NCBI GenBank assembly: GCA_963704755.1
Contig: OY969938.1
Span: forward strand, 210,001 to 242,000
Reading direction: 5' to 3'
From: an uncultured Chloroflexia bacterium
Lineage (GTDB): Bacteria; Chloroflexota; Anaerolineae; Anaerolineales; Anaerolineaceae
Length of the DNA: 32,000 nt
The notes under the pieces are model-generated. The model was given only the letters and a program-made list of their open reading frames with translations, searched no databases and was not told the origin of the DNA. The first letter of the stretch is position 1; the number at the start of each line of letters is the position of its first letter. A program made the translations under genes and the position numbers. Shown piece after piece: positions 28,673 to 32,000 of the stretch.

Positions 28673-28759
28673 GATCCGGTGGTCAGTCCAGGGAAGCCCT
28701 GGCTGGCGTCGGGGTGAGCAAGAGCCCGTCGAAAAGTGCCGCCTAACCGTCCACCGATC
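28673..28759 (+). ncRNA. Candidate cis-regulatory structured RNA domain (aptamer-like), class unknown
   Basis: A closing helix GATC(C)GGTGG / CCACCGATC (9 bp, one bulged C) encloses the hairpin CCAGGG-AAG-CCCTGG (28688-28702) and a second GC-rich hairpin (28708-28730). The domain begins a few nt after the predicted transcription start. Folded by eye only. Confidence 0.3.
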
Positions 28760-28955
28760 CATGATCTATTTATTTCCTGTAACTACTCAGGCCAGTGTTA
28801 AGGAATTCTCGGAATTGAGGTGTTTTCAGGGACGAAACCCCTATGAACCTATCAATTTCGAGGTTATTACTTGTCAGGCTGGGGAGTTATCATTTTCCTT
28901 CTCAAGCAGCGTATATTCTGGAATTACCCGGACTGTTTTATACCGGGTATGATTT

Positions 28956-28983
28956 AGCCGAAAGGATGTTCCTTTCGGTTTTT
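28956..28983 (+). terminator. Intrinsic terminator inside the 5' leader, 33 nt upstream of the ssnA-like start codon (attenuator / expression platform)
   Basis: (A)GCCGAAAGG-ATGTT-CCTTTCGG followed by TTTTTAATTT. It is preceded by a 7-bp hairpin TACCCGG-(11 nt)-CCGGGTA at 28925-28949. Confidence 0.6.
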
Positions 28984-29016
28984 AATTTATATACAGTCTC
29001 TGTCCATGAGGTAGAT

Positions 29017-30384
29017 ATGATCATATTCAACGGTACATTGGTGACCTGGGAAAACCCAAATCGTATCCTGGAAGGACAGGCTATCCGTATCGCGGATGGC
29101 GTGATAAAGGAAATTGGCTCAGCGAAGACGCTCTTAGAGCGCTTCCCGCAGGAAGAAAGGCTGGATGCCAAAGGGCAGTATGTGATGCCGGGGAATATGT
29201 GCGCCCATACCCATTTTTACGGGGCTTTCTCCAGAGGGCTTTACATCCCGGGCAGCCCGGCCAAAGATTTTGTCGAAATTCTGGGCAAACTTTGGTGGAC
29301 GTTGGATAAATCATTGAGTATGGAAGACGTTAAATATTCGGCCCTGGTATGCCTGATCGACGCGGTCCGCTATGGGACGACTACATTGATCGATCACCAC
29401 GCTTCGCCTAATGCGATCCGTGGCTCGCTGCACACGATTGCCGAAGCGATAGAAGAATCCGGTCTGCGTGCGTCACTTTGCTATGAAGTAACCGACCGCG
29501 ATGGAGAGCAAAGAGCTAACGAAGGCATTCAGGAGAATGCCGATTTTATCCGTTATATCCAAAAGGAAAAGCCGGCCAACGGCCGGCTCTCAGCGACGTT
29601 TGGCTTGCACGCCGGGCTGACCCTTTCGGACAAGACCCTGGATGCTTGCCGCGATGCGGCTCCGGACGGAGTGGGCTTCCACATCCATGTGGCCGAAGGC
29701 CTGGCGGATGAATACGACAGCCTGGCGAAGAGCGGCTTGCGAGTGGTGGACCGCTTGTATAAACACGGCCTCCTGGGTGAAAAAACGATCGCTGTGCATT
29801 GCGTGCACGTAGACGTTAAAGAGATCGAGCTGTTAAGCGAAACCCATACCAGCGTGGCTCATCAACCGCGCTCTAATATGAACAATGCCGTGGGGATGTC
29901 GCAGCCGGAACAGATGATGCGCGCGGGTGTGCGCGTCTGCCTGGGCAACGATGGCTTTTCCAACGCCATGTGGGAGGAATGGAAAGCGACTTACCTGGCG
30001 CACAAATTGTGGAATGAAGATCCACGCCGGATGAGTGCCGTGGACGTGGCCAAAATAGCGGTTTACAATAACCAGGAATTGACCCGCTTGCAGTTTGGCG
30101 GGGCACCGTTGGGTGTACTGGCGGTAGGGGCAGCAGCCGATTTGATTTTCGTCGATTATCACCCATTTACGGAATTAACCATCGATAACCTGCCCTGGCA
30201 CATCGTCTTTGGCTTTCACGAATCAATGATCACCACGACTATTGTCGATGGCAAGATCCTGATGAAAGACCGCGAGATCCTCAGCCTGGATGTGGAAAAG
30301 ATTTCGGCAGAGGCCAGAAAATTGTCCGCAAAGACCTGGCAAAGGTTTCAAGAATTAGCCGTTACTATTCGACCTAATGGGTAA
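29017..30384 (+). CDS. ssnA: SsnA-like putative aminohydrolase (amidohydrolase superfamily, chlorohydrolase/deaminase branch)
   Basis: The protein is colinear with E. coli SsnA as I recall it: MPGNMCAHTHFY, LGKLWWTLDKSL, TTLIDHHASPNAIRGSL, HIHVAE, AHCVH, HQPRSNMNNAVG, LGNDG. The ATG at 29017 has GAGG upstream. The in-frame track start at 28843 would place the terminator hairpin inside the CDS. Confidence 0.8.
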   Translation: MIIFNGTLVTWENPNRILEGQAIRIADGVIKEIGSAKTLLERFPQEERLDAKGQYVMPGNMCAHTHFYGAFSRGLYIPGSPAKDFVEILGKLWWTLDKSLSMEDVKYSALVCLIDAVRYGTTTLIDHHASPNAIRGSLHTIAEAIEESGLRASLCYEVTDRDGEQRANEGIQENADFIRYIQKEKPANGRLSATFGLHAGLTLSDKTLDACRDAAPDGVGFHIHVAEGLADEYDSLAKSGLRVVDRLYKHGLLGEKTIAVHCVHVDVKEIELLSETHTSVAHQPRSNMNNAVGMSQPEQMMRAGVRVCLGNDGFSNAMWEEWKATYLAHKLWNEDPRRMSAVDVAKIAVYNNQELTRLQFGGAPLGVLAVGAAADLIFVDYHPFTELTIDNLPWHIVFGFHESMITTTIVDGKILMKDREILSLDVEKISAEARKLSAKTWQRFQELAVTIRPNG

Positions 30385-30388
30385 ATAT

Positions 30389-30441
30389 CCCCAATTGGAT
30401 AGGTTTGCGGGGCGTTTCCCCGCAAGCCTATCCAATTGGGG
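30389..30441. repeat. 24-bp inverted repeat forming a long hairpin (one G-U pair, 5-nt loop) between the ssnA-like gene and npdG
   Basis: CCCCAATTGGATAGGTTTGCGGGG-CGTTT-CCCCGCAAGCCTATCCAATTGGGG starts 4 nt after the stop codon. No T-tract follows on the plus strand. Confidence 0.8.
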
Positions 30442-30507
30442 CACTCTTTAACCTGGGCTTGAGTGGTTACAATTATTTGTCTTTTAACTATAAGGAGAAG
30501 AAATAGC

Positions 30508-31185
30508 ATGACCAATTTATCGACCCCAGTGATTGGAATAATTGGAGGTACCGGTAAAGAGGGGAAGGGTTTGGCTTACCGGTGGGCCAAAGCAGGTTTG
30601 ACCGTGCTGATTGGCTCACGACAGCGCGAAAAAGCAGAGGCTGCGGCAAGCGAAGTGCGAGCCCTGGCACCTGGTGCGGGCTCGGTTAGCGGTATCACCA
30701 ACGAGGAAGCCGCTGAAAAAGCTGAGATTGTGGTGATCACCGTGCCGTTCGCAGCGCATGTGCCCACATGCGAGGTGATCAAGCCTTTCGTCCAGGGCAA
30801 GATCGTCATCGACGTCGTGGTACCGCTGGTGCCTCCGAAAGTTGCCAAAGTGCAAATGCCCGCCGAGGGCAGTGCGACCCGCCAGGCGCAGTTGATCCTG
30901 GGGGAAGACGTGCAGGTAGTGGCGGCCTTCCAAAATATTTCCTACGATAACTTGCTGACCGGCGAAGAAGTGGATTGCGACGTGCTGGTCTGTGGCGGAA
31001 ACCGCGAGGCCCGCGAAAAGGTGGTCGAACTGGTCAACCTGGTTGGGCTGGTGGGCTGGAATGCCGGCCCGGTCGAGAACGCGGTGGTGGTCGAGGGGAT
31101 GACCTCGGTGCTGATAGGCTTAAATAAGCAATATGGGGTCAAAGCCAGCGGGATACGTATTACCGGGATAAATCGGGCAAAGTAA
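30508..31185 (+). CDS. npdG: NADPH-dependent F420 reductase (F420H2:NADP+ oxidoreductase, Fno/NpdG)
   Basis: VIGIIGGTGKEGKGLAYRWAKAGLTVLIGSRQREKAEAAASE...AEIVVITVPF...DVVVPL is colinear with Archaeoglobus Fno. AAGGAG lies 8 nt upstream of the ATG at 30508. Confidence 0.88.
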   Translation: MTNLSTPVIGIIGGTGKEGKGLAYRWAKAGLTVLIGSRQREKAEAAASEVRALAPGAGSVSGITNEEAAEKAEIVVITVPFAAHVPTCEVIKPFVQGKIVIDVVVPLVPPKVAKVQMPAEGSATRQAQLILGEDVQVVAAFQNISYDNLLTGEEVDCDVLVCGGNREAREKVVELVNLVGLVGWNAGPVENAVVVEGMTSVLIGLNKQYGVKASGIRITGINRAK

Positions 31186-31190
31186 ATGTT

Positions 31191-31961
31191 ATGGAACCGT
31201 TATTATTAACACCCATTCGTGACATTCCTTTGATCCAGCCAGGTGACAACCTGGCTGAGATCATTGGAGAAGCTCTTGACCGGGGTAGAATCGAAGTCAT
31301 GGATGGGGATATTCTGGTCCTGGCCCAGAAAATCGTTTCCAAGGCGGAGAACCGGTTGGTGAACCTGGATGAAGTCGAACCAGGAATTGAGGCAAAGCGC
31401 CTGGCAGAGATCACTGAAAAGGATCCACGTTTCATCGAGTTGGTCTTGCGGGAAAGCAAAACGGTGCTGCGGACCCGGCTGGGTACGATCATTGTCGAAC
31501 ACCGGCATGGTTTTGTCTGCGCCAACGCAGGTATCGACCACTCGAATGTACGCGGCCCGTACGGCGATCCCGAAAATTGGGTCTTGCTGCTCCCCGAAGA
31601 CCCCGACCGGTCGGCAGAGAATATTCGGCGGGGGATCGAGGCCAAAACCGGTGCCCGTATCGGGGTCGCGATCATCGATTCGCACGGGCGGGCCTGGCGA
31701 ATGGGAACGGTAGGCGTGACGATTGGCCTGTCCGGGATGCCCGGTCTGGTGGATCTGCGTGGGGTGGATGACCTGTTCGGCTACCAGCTCAGGATAACTC
31801 AAGTTGGGGCTGCCGATGAACTGGCTGCGGCCGCCTCGTTGGTGATGGGACAGGCCAGTGAACAGGTCCCGGTAGTCCATGTGCGCGGCTTCCCATACGC
31901 GTTACGGGAAGGCAGTTTCGCCGAATTACACAGGCCAGAAGAAATGGACATGTTCAGGTAA
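31191..31961 (+). CDS. cofE: Coenzyme F420-0:L-glutamate ligase (CofE/FbiB N-domain type)
   Basis: GDILVLAQKIVSKAE.R...IVEHRHGFVCANAGIDHSNV...LLLPEDPDRSA..IR..I....G..IGVAIIDSHGRAWR.G.VGV.IG.SG are typical CofE motifs. Confidence 0.88.
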   Translation: MEPLLLTPIRDIPLIQPGDNLAEIIGEALDRGRIEVMDGDILVLAQKIVSKAENRLVNLDEVEPGIEAKRLAEITEKDPRFIELVLRESKTVLRTRLGTIIVEHRHGFVCANAGIDHSNVRGPYGDPENWVLLLPEDPDRSAENIRRGIEAKTGARIGVAIIDSHGRAWRMGTVGVTIGLSGMPGLVDLRGVDDLFGYQLRITQVGAADELAAAASLVMGQASEQVPVVHVRGFPYALREGSFAELHRPEEMDMFR

Positions 31962-31967
31962 GGAATT

Positions 31968-32000
31968 ATGTATTCGATCATCTGCGACTTTGATCTGAAC
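31968..32000 (+). CDS. Start of a further gene (3'-truncated by the window end), possibly a HAD-type hydrolase
   Basis: ATG at 31968, 6 nt after the cofE stop, with AAGGA upstream. It reads MYSIICDFDLN, which resembles HAD motif I (DxD). Only 11 codons are visible. Confidence 0.25.
   Translation, partial: MYSIICDFDLN

Noticed and set aside
28673-28759. Assignment of the structured leader domain to the ZTP (pfl) riboswitch class or to SRP RNA
   Set aside because: The domain has CTGGCG and GCCGCCT elements that faintly recall the ZTP GACUGGCG / CCGCCUGGGC motifs, and a GGTCAG...GGGAAG stretch that faintly recalls SRP domain IV. The remaining conserved nucleotides and helices of both families are not present as far as I can recall them. 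A covariance-model search is needed.
28843-29016. In-frame upstream ATG giving the ssnA-like protein a 58-aa N-terminal extension, and the separate 63-aa ORF 28761..28952
   Set aside because: The extension would contain the intrinsic terminator hairpin and has no counterpart in SsnA, which aligns from MIIFNG at 29017. There is no RBS at 28843 or 28761. A leader-peptide role cannot be fully excluded.
31160-31981. Minus-strand ORFs of 171, 224 and 60 aa opposite cofE
   Set aside because: The CofE motifs on the plus strand are unambiguous. The antisense translations are Pro/Arg/Ser-rich, which is typical of shadow frames in GC-rich codon usage.
1-32000. Search for CRISPR arrays, tandem repeats, IS elements, integrases or phage genes
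   Set aside because: No regularly spaced direct repeats, terminal inverted repeats with a transposase, or recombinase-like ORFs were seen by eye. The window looks like core chromosome. A computational repeat search could still find short dispersed repeats that I missed.

Overview
This is a densely coding chromosomal region of about 30 genes that looks like core genome. I saw no rRNA, CRISPR array, transposase, integrase or obvious prophage genes. The gene content suggests a Chloroflexota/Anaerolineae-like bacterium: YfhO-type membrane proteins, MoxR/DUF58, F420 genes npdG/cofE, and a PgpH-YbeY-DgkA block. That assignment is inference only. Plus strand: three translationally coupled polytopic membrane proteins (two YfhO-like), a MoxR ATPase with DUF58, xthA, a NarL-type regulator, then an SsnA-like amidohydrolase, F420-dependent NADP reductase and CofE. 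Minus strand: a tight string of tRNA-Arg(UCU), tpx, hsp20, lon, a stand-alone receiver, a PHP/AlbA_2 protein and mogA; two uncharacterised coupled proteins; receiver, DUF192 and a LysM/M23 peptidase; DUF1385; comEA, yqeY, pgpH, ybeY, dgkA and an endonuclease-IV-like gene; and an M20 peptidase. Main observations: (i) three otherwise well-conserved genes are broken by single-base indels (lon four times, one YfhO paralogue once, the M20 peptidase once), all at short homopolymers; (ii) a roughly 350-nt structured leader carries a promoter, a closed multi-hairpin domain and an intrinsic terminator 33 nt before the SsnA-like start codon, making it a candidate unclassified riboswitch or attenuator; (iii) a 24-bp near-perfect hairpin lies between the ssnA-like gene and npdG; (iv) an unusual PHP + AlbA_2 protein is translationally coupled to a stand-alone receiver directly downstream of lon; (v) a coupled pair of proteins has no domains I can recognise. 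I did not find a clearly novel multi-gene system, so the candidates carry modest scores. All homology statements come from reading motifs by eye, not from database searches.
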